DNA from: Candidatus Kapaibacterium sp.
GTDB taxonomy: Bacteria; Bacteroidota; Ignavibacteria; Kapaibacteriales; UBA2268
Direction: 5' to 3'
Assembly (NCBI GenBank): GCA_963665665.1
Contig: OY762428.1
Span: 3,013,200-3,077,199 of the forward strand
Length of the DNA: 64,000 bases
In this document: in pieces, positions 40,198-49,560 of the stretch
Numbering within the stretch: the stretch's first letter is position 1
Layout: every line of letters starts with the position of its first letter
Position numbers and translations under genes: made by a program
The notes under the pieces: generated by a model
Database searches by the model: none
The model's input: the letters and a program-made list of their open reading frames with translations, nothing else
What the model was told of the DNA's origin: nothing

Positions 40198-41697
40198 TTA
40201 ATTTTTTCTTTTATCAATGGCAAAAACTTTTTCCGTAATTCTTGATAATCTTACGAAAGGCAGGCCAATTAATAAATACACCGCAGCTATCATTATTCCG
40301 ATACCGAAGTAATCGTAGTATGTGGCAGCAAGCCTGCTGTATAGTTTTGTCAATTCAACTAAAGTTATGACGGACACAAGGGAAGAATCTTTCAACAAAG
40401 AAATAAAATCATTTGTAATTGGTGGTATAACCAGCCTGACAGCCTGCGGAAGGATAATGTGCCTGAGGGATTGATATTTTGTCATTCCAAGGGAAATAGC
40501 CGCTTCGGTTTGCCCTCTTGGTACAGAATTCAGCCCTGCACGATAATTCTCAGCCTCGTAGGCTGCATAGTTCAGCCCAAGCCCGATAACTGCCGCCATA
40601 AATGGAGATAATTTGATTCCTATTGTAGGGAGTGCGTAAAATATAAATATCAATTGAATCAGAAGCGGGGTTCCCCTGATAATTTCGATATAGCTAACAG
40701 CAAGCCAGGAGAAAGGAGCCGGGGCATATACACGGGTTAATGCAAGGAACAGTCCGAATAGTATAGCAAGGATCATGGCAAAAATCGAAATCCCGAGTGT
40801 CATCAATGCAGCTTCCCCGATCAAAGGAAGAAAGCCAATGTATTGATGCAATTTTACACTGAAATTTACTTCGTTTCCCTGTGATGCAACAAACCTGTCA
40901 AATTCTGTAGGTGAAATATCAACTTCATCATGATCGTTGAAAAATAATTTCATCTTATAATTCCACAGGTTCCATTTGCCGTAGATTTCCCTTAGCTGTC
41001 CGCTGGCTGCAAGTTCATATATGGCTTTGTTTACTTTGTTAAGTAGAACTGTGTCTTCCTTTCGAAGTGCAATCCCATATTCTACATCACCAACGGGCGG
41101 CCCTACAAGTTCAAATTCAGGATTCCAGGAGCAATAATAAAGTGCTATGGGAGCATCAACAAGAGCTATGTTTATTCTGCCGTTAATCATATCGGTGAAG
41201 GCATTCACTTCGCCTTCATAGGTAAGAACATCAATATCACCTTCATCAAGAAGTATTCTTTCGGCAAGTGAATTTTTTAGGCATCCCACGGTTTGGCCAT
41301 TAAGGTCATCGAGGGAATTTATTCCCTGTGTCCCCCTGACAACAACGATTTGCTCGTATGTTTTGTAGTAGGGTATCGAAAAACTTACTACTTTTTCTCT
41401 GTCGCCCGTTATTTCCAATCCGTTCATGGCAGCATCGTAATTCCCGCTTTGCAATCCCGGAATTAGTCCGTCCCACTGATTTTGGATAAATACAGCTTTC
41501 ATACCCATTTGCGCGGCAATAGCATTAGCAATGTCAACTTCAAAACCAATATTCTTAGATAATATCGAAGGGTCCTGAAAAATATAAGGTGCGTTCCCTT
41601 CTGCGTCGGCAGCCCAGCGGAACTCAGGCAACTCTTGTGATTTTAATGAAGAAATTGCAAAAAGTGTCAGGAATAATATTTTCAGGATTGAATTCAT
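40198..41697 (-). CDS. Amino-acid ABC transporter: fused periplasmic substrate-binding domain plus permease
   Basis: N-terminal SBP_bac_3-like domain with signal peptide. C-terminal polar amino-acid permease domain containing the EAA-like block ...GMTKYQSLRHIILPQA. Confidence 0.75.
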   Translation of the reverse strand: MNSILKILFLTLFAISSLKSQELPEFRWAADAEGNAPYIFQDPSILSKNIGFEVDIANAIAAQMGMKAVFIQNQWDGLIPGLQSGNYDAAMNGLEITGDREKVVSFSIPYYKTYEQIVVVRGTQGINSLDDLNGQTVGCLKNSLAERILLDEGDIDVLTYEGEVNAFTDMINGRINIALVDAPIALYYCSWNPEFELVGPPVGDVEYGIALRKEDTVLLNKVNKAIYELAASGQLREIYGKWNLWNYKMKLFFNDHDEVDISPTEFDRFVASQGNEVNFSVKLHQYIGFLPLIGEAALMTLGISIFAMILAILFGLFLALTRVYAPAPFSWLAVSYIEIIRGTPLLIQLIFIFYALPTIGIKLSPFMAAVIGLGLNYAAYEAENYRAGLNSVPRGQTEAAISLGMTKYQSLRHIILPQAVRLVIPPITNDFISLLKDSSLVSVITLVELTKLYSRLAATYYDYFGIGIMIAAVYLLIGLPFVRLSRITEKVFAIDKRKN

Positions 41698-41698
41698 A

Positions 41699-42556
41699 TT
41701 AAATGTCCACTCGTATGTTCAGATAATCCCTTGTTCTTTTGTCACGAGGATTCGAGAAAATGGTTTCGGCGCTTCCTGTTTCAATAATCTGTCCGCTTTC
41801 CATATATGCTACTCTGTCCGATATGTTTTTTGCAAAATCAATAGCATGAGTTACGATCACTTGTGTCATTCCTTCTTCATGAAGGTTTTTCATTACTTCT
41901 GTAAGCTCTCCTATCAGTTCGGGGTCAAGGGCTGATGTTGGCTCATCGTAAAGCATTACCATGGGGTTCATTGCAAGTGCCCTTGCAATAGCAACTCTTT
42001 GTGCCTGTCCGCCTGATATCTCTGTGGGGTAACGGTCGGCAAAGCGTTCCATACCAACTTTTCTTAAAAGGTCGAAAGCATTATCGCTGGCATCCTTTTT
42101 ATTTTCTCCCTTCACAATAAGCGGCGCTACCCGTACATTTTCAAGAACTGACAAATGAGGAAAAAGATTTAATCCCTGGAACAGCATTCCCACCCGCGAC
42201 CTAACCAAACATGCTTTCTCGTCGAGTTCAGAATGCCTTCTGCTGCTCAGCTTTTTGTCAGGAATAACATAAGCTATTTTATTCATTATTTCCCTGATCA
42301 TGTTATCCTGTTTCTTTTTTTCATCACATTTATCCCTGTCCAGTGTGATGCCGTCAATCTCTATACTTCCTTTGTCAGGTATTTCCAGGCAGTTCATGCA
42401 CCTGAGCAAAGTGGTTTTGCCGCAGCCGCTTCTTCCTATAATTGATAATAATTCGCCTTTTTTTATTTCCAGTTCAAGGCCTTTTAAAATATGATTATCA
42501 TTAAAATATTTATGAAGGCTGGTGATTTTTATTAAATTTTCTGAAATAAAAGCCAT
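41699..42556 (-). CDS. Amino-acid ABC transporter ATP-binding protein (GlnQ/ArtP-like)
   Basis: Walker A GRSGCGKTT, LFPHLSVLENV, signature ISGGQAQRVAIARAL, Walker B LYDEPTSALD. Confidence 0.85.
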   Translation of the reverse strand: MAFISENLIKITSLHKYFNDNHILKGLELEIKKGELLSIIGRSGCGKTTLLRCMNCLEIPDKGSIEIDGITLDRDKCDEKKKQDNMIREIMNKIAYVIPDKKLSSRRHSELDEKACLVRSRVGMLFQGLNLFPHLSVLENVRVAPLIVKGENKKDASDNAFDLLRKVGMERFADRYPTEISGGQAQRVAIARALAMNPMVMLYDEPTSALDPELIGELTEVMKNLHEEGMTQVIVTHAIDFAKNISDRVAYMESGQIIETGSAETIFSNPRDKRTRDYLNIRVDI

Positions 42557-42838
42557 TTTTTTTACAGATTAAGATTTTATTAATATCGTATAGTTAAGTA
42601 TCAAATAATTCCCGTGATTTTTCCATACGGAATATATTAAATTTCTCCGTATAATTATAAAAAAAATATTTTGAAGTATAATTTTTGTAACAATATTGCG
42701 CAAAACAGTAGTATTCCTTTGGAAATTAAAATGGATAATACTAAATTATTTTTAGGGATAATAAGTATTTTTTGAAATATTACCAAATCTTCATATTTTT
42801 ATCAACATAATTGAATTGTTTTTCAAAAAGGGATTACA

Positions 42839-43072
42839 ATGAGTTTTAAATACAAAAAACCAGAATTGAAAGTATTAAATGATGATTCGATGTTATTTTG
42901 TAATAACGGAACATCGGCTCAAGCTGTCGGGCCGTCATATCAATGTATATCAGGAACTTCAGTCAATCCGGTACTTTGCACCGACGGTAGCACAAATGAC
43001 GGGGTTTTTGTTCAGTGCGACAGCGGTGGATCTGCATTTGGTTTTGCCTGCGCAGTCGGCGGAACAGATTAA
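42839..43072 (+). CDS. RiPP precursor peptide 1 (77 aa; Cys/Gly/Ser/Thr-rich core with five C-x-x-G motifs)
   Basis: MSFKYKKPELKVLNDDSMLFCNNGTSAQA leader-like N-terminus, then a core of CNNGT/CISGT/CTDGS/CDSGG/CAVGG. Followed by a hairpin terminator, and lies next to a PqqD-like gene and two rSAM-SPASM genes. Confidence 0.65.
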   Translation: MSFKYKKPELKVLNDDSMLFCNNGTSAQAVGPSYQCISGTSVNPVLCTDGSTNDGVFVQCDSGGSAFGFACAVGGTD

Positions 43073-43167
43073 TCAGCTTTGATCATTGTAATAAATATTG
43101 ACCAATGTTATAAAATATTTTGTGTATAGATAATAAAACAGCGTGAAAAAAGTTTGAAATTAAGAAT

Positions 43168-43206
43168 AAAGCCGTATTTGAATGTTACGGCTATTTTTTT
43201 TTTTAT
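43168..43206 (+). terminator. Rho-independent terminator/attenuator immediately after precursor peptide 1
   Basis: aaagccgtatttgaatgttacggctattttttttttt: stem agccgta/tacggct plus an 11-nt T-tract. Confidence 0.7.
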
Positions 43207-43260
43207 TAAATTATATGTTTAAAAAGTAGTAATGTATTTACAACAATAAATGAGGCAGAA

Positions 43261-43545
43261 ATGGCAAACAACCCTATTGCAAACCCGATGATAGTTCACA
43301 GGGTGGAGGATGATGACTGGGCGGTTCTATTTGATCCCGACGCTAACGAAACTTACGCTCTCGATCCTGTTAGTTCTTTTGTGTGGCAATTATTGGACGG
43401 TAAGCACAGCAAGGAAGAAATTCTGGCAAAACTGGAAAAAGAATGTGAGGATGGAATTCCCGAAGAAGCTGCAACAGACCTGGATGAGTTTCTTACAGAA
43501 CTGGAAGCAAAAGCTCTTGTTGGATACGAGCAGGCAATTGGTTAA
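43261..43545 (+). CDS. PqqD-family peptide chaperone (RiPP recognition element, stand-alone)
   Basis: 94 aa; block ETYALDPVSSFVWQLLDGKHSKEEILAKL...ATDLDEFLTELEAKAL matches the PqqD pattern (..ylLN.tg..iW.lldG..t..ei...l.....v.......dv..fl..L...gl). Confidence 0.75.
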   Translation: MANNPIANPMIVHRVEDDDWAVLFDPDANETYALDPVSSFVWQLLDGKHSKEEILAKLEKECEDGIPEEAATDLDEFLTELEAKALVGYEQAIG

Positions 43546-43547
43546 TT

Positions 43548-44681
43548 ATGAAAATTGAACGCACTCCTAAAAGCCTTGACCTTGAAATTACAAGCAAGTG
43601 CAACCTAAGGTGTTCTTATTGCTCTCACTTCAATAGCGAAGGTGATACCGATACCGATTTAAGCACTGATGAATGGCTGCAATTCTTCGAAGAGCTGAAA
43701 GAATGCAACGTTATGGATGTTACTCTTTCTGGTGGCGAACCATTCATGAGAAAAGATATCCGTATCCTGCTTGACGGGATAATAAAAAATAGAATGAGGT
43801 TCGGATTTCTTACGAATGGTATTCTTTTTAATGATGACCTGGCTGAATATATTAAAACAACAGGCCGATGCAACAGTATCCAGGTTTCAATCGACGGCCC
43901 CGGCCCTGAAATTCATGATGCTTCGCGTGGTAAGGGAAGCTTTGAAAAAGCAATCGCCGGGCTTAAAACGATAATGAGACACGGCCTTCCTGCCACGGTA
44001 CGTGTTACGATAAACAAGCACAACTATAAAAAACTTCCTGAAATAGCTGAAATGTTGCTTGAAGAAGTAGGGCTTCATTCATTTTCAACAAACGCAGCTT
44101 CTCATCTCGGGCTTTGCCGTACTAATAAAGACGATGTTCAGCTTGGTGTGGAAGAATATACTGAATCAATGCAGACGATATTTACACTTGTTGAAAAGTA
44201 TGGCAACAGGATAAATGCCCAGGCAGGCCCTCTTGCATCAGGCAAGCAATGGATGGAAATGGAAAAAGCCCGGCAGAATAATTTAGATAATCTTCCCGGA
44301 TGCGGATATCTTACAAGTTGTGGCGGGATTTTCGCAAAAATGGCAATTCAGGCTGACGGATCAATGGTACCGTGTTCGCAGTTGCCGCACATGAAACTTG
44401 GTAAGGTCAACGTGGACAGCCTTGCAGATGTATGGCTGAATCATCCTGAGCTTAAACGCCTGCGTGAAAGAAGAGATATTCCGCTTGGTACATTTGACTC
44501 ATGCAAGGGCTGTTCGTATATACCTTATTGCAGGGGCGGATGCCCGGCACTGGCATATACCCTGAACGGAGATGAGAATGTTCCTTCTCCGGAATCATGC
44601 TACAGGAATTTTCTTGCTGCGGGTGGAAGATTGCCGGTTTTAGATGATAACGAGCCATTTTTTAGTCCGGGATGTTGCTGA
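43548..44681 (+). CDS. Radical SAM / SPASM-domain peptide-modifying enzyme 1
   Basis: CNLRCSYC (CxxxCxxC) near N-terminus. C-terminal auxiliary-cluster Cys array CGYLTSCGG...C...CKGCSYIPYCRGGCPA typical of SPASM. 3 nt after the PqqD-like gene. Confidence 0.85.
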   Translation: MKIERTPKSLDLEITSKCNLRCSYCSHFNSEGDTDTDLSTDEWLQFFEELKECNVMDVTLSGGEPFMRKDIRILLDGIIKNRMRFGFLTNGILFNDDLAEYIKTTGRCNSIQVSIDGPGPEIHDASRGKGSFEKAIAGLKTIMRHGLPATVRVTINKHNYKKLPEIAEMLLEEVGLHSFSTNAASHLGLCRTNKDDVQLGVEEYTESMQTIFTLVEKYGNRINAQAGPLASGKQWMEMEKARQNNLDNLPGCGYLTSCGGIFAKMAIQADGSMVPCSQLPHMKLGKVNVDSLADVWLNHPELKRLRERRDIPLGTFDSCKGCSYIPYCRGGCPALAYTLNGDENVPSPESCYRNFLAAGGRLPVLDDNEPFFSPGCC

Positions 44682-44827
44682 TGAAAATAAAATTTAGCAT
44701 CACTATCTTAAATATATACCAAACATAAAATACGTTTCCTGGATAGTTTGGTTTAACAGTGGATTAAATATAAATATTGTTTTTTGAATTTGTTCATTAC
44801 AGTAAAAATTTTGAAAATTGGATTATT

Positions 44828-45103
44828 ATGAAAAAGAAATTTAGCTATACCAGACCATCGCTATCATCATTGTCAGATGAAATATCTCAATTCTGTAATG
44901 TAGGAACAGGAGCAACTTTAGCTGATACTCCTGCTATTCAGTGTACTGTTGGTGGGGATGCACAGCTGATTTGTGTTGCCGGTACCGGTTTTTCCAGTAC
45001 GTATCCACATTGCGCTAATGGCCCTGCTGATTCAAAACTTGCATGTTCAACAGGATCAGGGGACACTAATCCCAGCTGTAATGTTGGCAATTCACCAGTT
45101 TAA
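44828..45103 (+). CDS. RiPP precursor peptide 2 (91 aa; six C-x-x-G motifs)
   Basis: MKKKFSYTRPSLSSLSDEISQF leader, then CNVGTG/CTVGGD/CVAGTG/CANGPA/CSTGSG/CNVGNS. Sits between the two rSAM genes. Confidence 0.65.
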   Translation: MKKKFSYTRPSLSSLSDEISQFCNVGTGATLADTPAIQCTVGGDAQLICVAGTGFSSTYPHCANGPADSKLACSTGSGDTNPSCNVGNSPV

Positions 45104-45130
45104 TATATTAACAATAAATACTTAATAATT

Positions 45131-46261
45131 ATGAGCGAAGAAAAAAATACAGAATTTAAAGTACCGGAATGCGGTTATCCGCTGAGCCAGATATATTTTT
45201 ACATGACTGAAGGATGCAACCTGAAATGCCGTCACTGCTGGATAGAACCGAAATTCCAGGCTTCCGGCAATAGTAAATGGCCCTCTATTGAGTTTGACCT
45301 TTTCAAGGATATATGCTATCAGGGCAGGGAACTTGGAATGAACTCAGTTAAACTAACCGGCGGGGAGCCACTGATAAATCCTGATATTGACAAAATACTT
45401 GATTTCATTTATGAGGAGAAGTTCAGGCTGACAATTGAAACTAACGGCATCGAACTGACACCTGAAATTTGTGAAAAGATTGCCCGGTGTGAAGGCACTT
45501 TTGTTTCAATCAGCCTTGATGGCTCAACAGCAGAAGAACACGAATGGGTTCGCGGTGTTCCGGGTTGTTTCGAAGCAGCATTGCAAGGCGCACGGAATCT
45601 TGTAGCCGTGGGAATAAGGCCGCAGTTTATAATGTCGATAATGAAAAGGAATGCACACCAGATAGAAGATATTATTGAACTTGCCCGGAAAGAAAACGCC
45701 GAGTCGGTTAAATACAACCTGGTAACACCTACTGCACGTGGGGAGCAAATGCACGAGGCTGGCGAAACTCTGTCGATTGAAGAATTGATCCGTATTGGTA
45801 AATGGGTGGAAGATGAATTGCAGCCAAAGTACAAAGATGTCAGGCTTCACTATTCTCATCCGGTTGCTTTCAAGCCTTTTGGCAAAATGTTTGAAAGACC
45901 ATTGGGACGTTGCGGTATATTCGGTATTATCGGAGTGCTCGGAAATGGTAAATATGCTCTTTGCGGTATCGGTGAAACTGTCCCTGAACTTGTTTTCGGC
46001 GACGCGAGAAAAGATAAACTCGCAGATGTTTGGAATAATAACCAGGTACTTAATGATATTCGTAAAGGCTTACCAAAAGATTTGAATGGTATTTGCGGGG
46101 ATTGTCTCGTTAAAAACAAATGCCTTGGTTCCTGTGTAGCCATGAATTATTATCGTCATCACGATCTGTTTGCTCCTTTCTGGTATTGCGAGGAAGCACT
46201 TAAAGCCGGACTTTTCCCCAAAACCAGGATCAAGCCGGGATCGCCATTTGAAAAGGTATAA
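45131..46261 (+). CDS. Radical SAM / SPASM-domain peptide-modifying enzyme 2
   Basis: CNLKCRHC motif. C-terminal CGIFG...C....CGDCLVKNKCLGSCVA SPASM-like cysteine array. Confidence 0.85.
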   Translation: MSEEKNTEFKVPECGYPLSQIYFYMTEGCNLKCRHCWIEPKFQASGNSKWPSIEFDLFKDICYQGRELGMNSVKLTGGEPLINPDIDKILDFIYEEKFRLTIETNGIELTPEICEKIARCEGTFVSISLDGSTAEEHEWVRGVPGCFEAALQGARNLVAVGIRPQFIMSIMKRNAHQIEDIIELARKENAESVKYNLVTPTARGEQMHEAGETLSIEELIRIGKWVEDELQPKYKDVRLHYSHPVAFKPFGKMFERPLGRCGIFGIIGVLGNGKYALCGIGETVPELVFGDARKDKLADVWNNNQVLNDIRKGLPKDLNGICGDCLVKNKCLGSCVAMNYYRHHDLFAPFWYCEEALKAGLFPKTRIKPGSPFEKV

Positions 46262-46273
46262 AACAAATACTAA

Positions 46274-48082
46274 ATGCGTTTATGGTATAAATATCTGAAG
46301 CAGGGGCTTTCCCGTAAGCTGCCTGTCGATAAGTTCAATGAAGAATCGAACTACGGCAGGCTCAGGGATAATATTAAACTATTATTTCCTCCGATAAAAA
46401 AACACTGGAAGGCCGGGCTGATATCAATGTTTGTTCTGGTTCTGTCATCAGTCCTGACTTATCCCCTGCCAATGATAAACAAATATTTTATCGATGACGT
46501 TTTGCTGAAAAAGAGGATTGACCTTGTTGTTCCGGTAGTATTACTATTAACGGGAATTGGCCTTGCTTCGTATCTGACGGGCGTGTTGAAAGGCTTTTAT
46601 AATCAGCGATTCACACAGGAAGTGATACTCGATCTGCAAAAGACAATGATCGATAAGGTTTTGTCACTCCCAAAATTCTTCTTTGATAAAAATCGATCCG
46701 GCTATCTTATGTCAAGGATATCCGGAGATGTTCACGGTGTAAACTGGTTTCTTTCCGGCCCTATGGTTCAAATGTTTCTCCAGGCTATGAAATTCATTGG
46801 TGGTGTTTATTTCCTGATATTCCTGGAATGGCGTCTGGCAATTCCGGTTATTCTTACCTTGCCGATACCATTTTTCGCAATGCGTTATTTTGCTAAGCGG
46901 TCTTATATTATGAGCCATTATACCAGCGAAATGAATGCAAAAACAAACGCCAGCCTGCATGAAACTGTTAATACTGTTTCTCTTATTAAATCTTTTGCCA
47001 ACGAGAAAAAAGCATCAAAGTCCCTATTCAGGATGTTGAGAAAAAAAGTTAACATCGGGTATGAACAAAACAGTATGAATTCTCTTAGCAGTTTGATCAA
47101 CCAGCTAATGCCACAGGTTGCCAAATTTGCTGTTATGCTTTTTGGCGCTTACTGGGTAATCAGCGGCGAGTGGCAATTGGGATCTCTTATCGCTTTCCAA
47201 TCATACTTATCCTACGTGTACGGGCCGGTAAATCAGCTTTCTTCCAGTATGAACCAATTGCAGACAGCCCGGGCAACAATGGACAGGGTTGCTACTATTC
47301 TCGGAATGGATTCCGAAGAGAATACTGACAGCGGAGATGAAATTACGAAACTGACCGGAAGCATAGAATTTGATAATGTAAGCTTCGGGTATGATAAGAA
47401 AAAACCTGTTTTATCTAATCTTTCCTTTAATATAAAAGCAGGGGAACAATGGGCTGTGATCGGCCCAAGCGGTATTGGTAAAACGACGCTTATCAGCCTG
47501 CTTTTAAAATTTTATTCCACTGATTCCGGAGATATTCTATTTGATGATAAGTCCTGTAAAGATATCAATGTGCGTTCTTTAAGAAGAAGGCTTGGCTATG
47601 TGGCACAATCAACGAGCCTGCAAACAGGAACAATTCTGAAAAATCTGAAATACGGAAATCCCGGAGCAAGTGTAGAAGATATAGTTAAAGCAGCAAAGAT
47701 TGCCGGAATTCATGAATTTATTGAAGAACTGCCCGAAAAATATAATACCCATATAGAAGAAGGCGGCGCTAACCTTTCCGAAGGCCAGAAACAAAGGCTT
47801 TCTATTGCAAGAGCTCTTGTTCTGAATCCTGATATTTATATACTGGATGAACCAACTGCTTCAGTAGATAACCTGACTGAACAGTCAATTTACAAAGCTC
47901 TTCCTGAAACAATAAAAAATAAGACAACAATCACTATAGCACACAGGTTAAATACTATTAAATCAGCAGAAAAAATATTATTTTTGAGAAAGAATAAAAT
48001 TCCTCTTATCGGTTCACATAATGAATTGAAAGGCGATGATGATTACATGGAATTTTTCGAAACTATAAATAATTGTAACTGA
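46274..48082 (+). CDS. ABC exporter, fused permease-ATPase (no C39 peptidase domain)
   Basis: Six predicted TM helices, then Walker A GPSGIGKTT, signature LSEGQKQRLSIARAL, Walker B ILDEPTASVD. Confidence 0.85.
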   Translation: MRLWYKYLKQGLSRKLPVDKFNEESNYGRLRDNIKLLFPPIKKHWKAGLISMFVLVLSSVLTYPLPMINKYFIDDVLLKKRIDLVVPVVLLLTGIGLASYLTGVLKGFYNQRFTQEVILDLQKTMIDKVLSLPKFFFDKNRSGYLMSRISGDVHGVNWFLSGPMVQMFLQAMKFIGGVYFLIFLEWRLAIPVILTLPIPFFAMRYFAKRSYIMSHYTSEMNAKTNASLHETVNTVSLIKSFANEKKASKSLFRMLRKKVNIGYEQNSMNSLSSLINQLMPQVAKFAVMLFGAYWVISGEWQLGSLIAFQSYLSYVYGPVNQLSSSMNQLQTARATMDRVATILGMDSEENTDSGDEITKLTGSIEFDNVSFGYDKKKPVLSNLSFNIKAGEQWAVIGPSGIGKTTLISLLLKFYSTDSGDILFDDKSCKDINVRSLRRRLGYVAQSTSLQTGTILKNLKYGNPGASVEDIVKAAKIAGIHEFIEELPEKYNTHIEEGGANLSEGQKQRLSIARALVLNPDIYILDEPTASVDNLTEQSIYKALPETIKNKTTITIAHRLNTIKSAEKILFLRKNKIPLIGSHNELKGDDDYMEFFETINNCN

Positions 48083-48085
48083 CAG

Positions 48086-48961
48086 ATGCAGCAGGCAAAA
48101 CAAATAGAACAATTTTATCTGAAACTTTCGGATGGCAGCAAATGGGGATTCAATTCAGCTCCTGAATTGAAAGAATGGTTTAGCATATTTGCCAGAATAA
48201 TGTCTTTGAAAAAAGATAACTCTGATGTGGATTATTTGTTTAATATCCGGCCCAAAAACGGAAGGGAAATTCCTGCCGGAGTTGATGAAAGCTGGGATTC
48301 TTTCAGGCAAAGCGGGGCATATACTATATGGAGCAAAAAAGGGGAAAAACAGTTTTTAATTGAAATAAACAAAGAGTTTATCGACCACCCCGAGATTAGA
48401 GTGATAAATATGTGGTCAACATTGAAGGCTCTATATAAATTTTATGCTGAGAACGGTGGAGGCCCGGTTCATAGCGGAATGGCAGCCCTGAATGGCAAAG
48501 CTATACTGATAGCTGCCCCGGGGGGTACCGGGAAATCAACATCCATACGCAGGCTGCCGGATTATTGGAAAAAAATGTGCGATGACACAACCCTGATAGT
48601 AAAAAAAGATGATAATTTCTTTGTTCATCCCATGCCTACATGGAGTGACCATCTATGGGAGCATAATTTTACTACTTTCGATACTTCAAGGGGATTCCCA
48701 TTAGCAGCTGTTTTCTTTCTGAAGCAGTCCGGCACTGACAAAGTTACCCCGATTTCCAGGCCTGAAGGCATTCAGTTGCTTTTAAGTTCAGTTAAACAGG
48801 TTTTTCAAACTTATGTTGATAAGTTGAAGGATAATGAAAAGTCTGAAATGGCTATGAAACTGTTTGATAACACCTGTAATATTGTTGGAAAAACACCATG
48901 CTACAGGCTTGAAGCTACATTGAACGGGGATTTCTGGGAAGAAATTGAAAAGGTATTATAG
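48086..48961 (+). CDS. HPr-kinase/phosphorylase C-terminal-domain-like P-loop protein
   Basis: HSGMAALNGKAILIAAPGGTGKSTSIRRL....DDTTLIV parallels the HprK P-loop region (H...G.GVLI.G.SG.GKSE.AL.L...G..LV.DD). Confidence 0.55.
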   Translation: MQQAKQIEQFYLKLSDGSKWGFNSAPELKEWFSIFARIMSLKKDNSDVDYLFNIRPKNGREIPAGVDESWDSFRQSGAYTIWSKKGEKQFLIEINKEFIDHPEIRVINMWSTLKALYKFYAENGGGPVHSGMAALNGKAILIAAPGGTGKSTSIRRLPDYWKKMCDDTTLIVKKDDNFFVHPMPTWSDHLWEHNFTTFDTSRGFPLAAVFFLKQSGTDKVTPISRPEGIQLLLSSVKQVFQTYVDKLKDNEKSEMAMKLFDNTCNIVGKTPCYRLEATLNGDFWEEIEKVL

Positions 48962-49560
48962 TGGAAAAGCACAAGCCGCAATATAATACAAGTGTCGGGC
49001 CAAGCATGTACCCGACAATGAAAAGCGGCGATGCATATATCCTTAAAGAAATATCTTCTATTGATGAAATATGCCGGGGAGATGTAATTGTTTTTCCCCA
49101 CCCTGACGAACCAATTAATGTTGTTCACAGAATTATTAGGATTTATCCCGAAGGTTTTCAAACCAGGGGAGATAATAATAACCGTAAAGATCCCTATATT
49201 GTGAAAAAGGATGATATTATCGGTGTGGTGGGCAAGGTTATCAGGAAAAATAAAAGATATACTATTCATGGCGGAAATGCGGGATTATTCATCCACAGGA
49301 TGGCTTGGGCCAGGAAATATTCCCGGCCCTATATTGTAAAGCCACTGAAGTTTTTATTGAATTTGCTGATCAGATCAAAAATATTCTTCATTTTCGGAAA
49401 TTTCTTTTCAACTTCAATCACAAAAATTAACCGAATGGGTTCCGAGCAATTTATCTTAAGTGTAAATAAAAAACCGGTTGGAAAAAAAGAATCAAAGGAA
49501 TCTGCGTGGATAATTAGTTTCCCTTATAGTTTGTTTATTAATCCGAAGAAATTACCATGA
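48961..49560 (+). CDS. S26 signal-peptidase-like serine peptidase (SipW/ER-type Ser-His), candidate leader peptidase
   Basis: GPSMYPTMKSGD (SM.PT catalytic Ser box), GDVIVF, and VVHRIIRI (His box of SipW/archaeal-type S26). Stop overlaps start of precursor 3 (ATGA). Confidence 0.6.
   Translation: MEKHKPQYNTSVGPSMYPTMKSGDAYILKEISSIDEICRGDVIVFPHPDEPINVVHRIIRIYPEGFQTRGDNNNRKDPYIVKKDDIIGVVGKVIRKNKRYTIHGGNAGLFIHRMAWARKYSRPYIVKPLKFLLNLLIRSKIFFIFGNFFSTSITKINRMGSEQFILSVNKKPVGKKESKESAWIISFPYSLFINPKKLP

Noticed and set aside
40137-40223. N-terminal 29 codons of the LRR ORF as given in the ORF track (start 40223)
   Set aside because: The internal ATG at 40136 is preceded by a GAGGA SD and begins a canonical signal peptide (MKSLILLLTALSLLAG). 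The upstream extension would also overlap the stop region of the ABC permease gene.
43310-43558. 82-aa ORF overlapping the PqqD-like gene in another frame
   Set aside because: The PqqD-frame translation has clear family signatures. The alternative frame does not, and it is fully nested within that gene.
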